Assembly (NCBI GenBank): GCA_965237955.1
Contig: OZ250169.1
Span: 2,176,001-2,240,000, forward strand
Origin: Candidatus Marinacidobacterales bacterium
GTDB taxonomy: Bacteria; Acidobacteriota; Vicinamibacteria; Marinacidobacterales; SMYC01
DNA length: 64,000 nt
Direction: 5' to 3'
Part shown: positions 63,452 to 64,000 of the stretch, in pieces
Layout of the letters: every line of letters begins with the position of its first letter
How positions within the stretch are numbered: the stretch's first letter is position 1
Position numbers and translations under genes: made by a program
Notes under the pieces: model-generated
Seen by the model: only the letters and a program-made list of their open reading frames with translations
What the model was told of the DNA's origin: nothing
Databases searched by the model: none

Positions 63452-64000
63452 ATGCGATGGTCCAAGTTCTTCATCCCCACGCTACGCGACGACCCCGCTG
63501 ACGCAGAGGCCATCTCGCACAAGCTGATGCTTCGCGCCGGGCTCGTCCGCCAGCTCGCCGCGGGGGTGTACTCGAAGCTTCCCTTGGGCGTTCGCGTGGC
63601 GCACAAGGTCGAGGCGATCGTACGTGAGGAGATGGAGCGCATCGGCGCTCAAGAGTTTCACTTGCCGGTGATCCATCCCGGTGAGTTGTGGAAGGAAAGC
63701 GGACGCTGGTACGACATCGGCGACGAGATGTTCCGGCTGAAAGACCGGCGTCAGGGAGACTACTGCCTCGGCATGACCCACGAGGAAGTGATCACCTCGA
63801 TCGCGCGCGCCGAGCTGAGGAGCTACCGACAACTGCCGCAGATTTGGTTCCAGATCCAGACGAAGTTCCGCGACGAAGCGCGACCGAAATCAGGTGTCCT
63901 CCGGGGGCGCGAGTTCGTGATGAAGGACTCGTATACCTTTGATATCGACTTCGCCGGGCTCAATGTAGCCTTCGAGCGGCACGCCGAAGCCTACCGCCGC
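63452..64000 (+). CDS. proS: proline--tRNA ligase (5' part, runs off window)
   Basis: [30 protein letters not shown]...THEE...[25 protein letters not shown]. Confidence 0.96.
   Translation, partial: MRWSKFFIPTLRDDPADAEAISHKLMLRAGLVRQLAAGVYSKLPLGVRVAHKVEAIVREEMERIGAQEFHLPVIHPGELWKESGRWYDIGDEMFRLKDRRQGDYCLGMTHEEVITSIARAELRSYRQLPQIWFQIQTKFRDEARPKSGVLRGREFVMKDSYTFDIDFAGLNVAFERHAEAYRR

Overview
GC-rich bacterial chromosomal window, probably Acidobacteriota (16S 5' signature GAATCAACGCTGG; gene styles resemble Vicinamibacteria; the taxonomy is inference). It carries housekeeping genes (rho, mutM, pntA1A2B, speD/speE, tyrS, purMN, waaC, argGH, tadA, proS), a complete minus-strand rRNA operon (16S, tRNA-Ile, tRNA-Ala, 23S, 5S), tRNA-Ser(CGA), three IS elements (IS21, ISL3, IS256; the last two interrupt genes and have 8-bp target duplications) and a sigma-54-driven PEP-CTERM gene. 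The standout feature is a 23S rRNA gene with three tandem group I introns at E. coli-equivalent positions L1917, L1931 and L1951. They are separated by 14-nt and 20-nt micro-exons, and only L1951 encodes a LAGLIDADG homing endonuclease. Also notable are a strongly base-paired, unidentified ~180-nt intergenic RNA candidate (5097-5275), a pnt-bearing block flanked by two truncated genes and nested inverted-repeat remnants, and many genes damaged by internal deletions or frameshifts (some may be sequencing errors).
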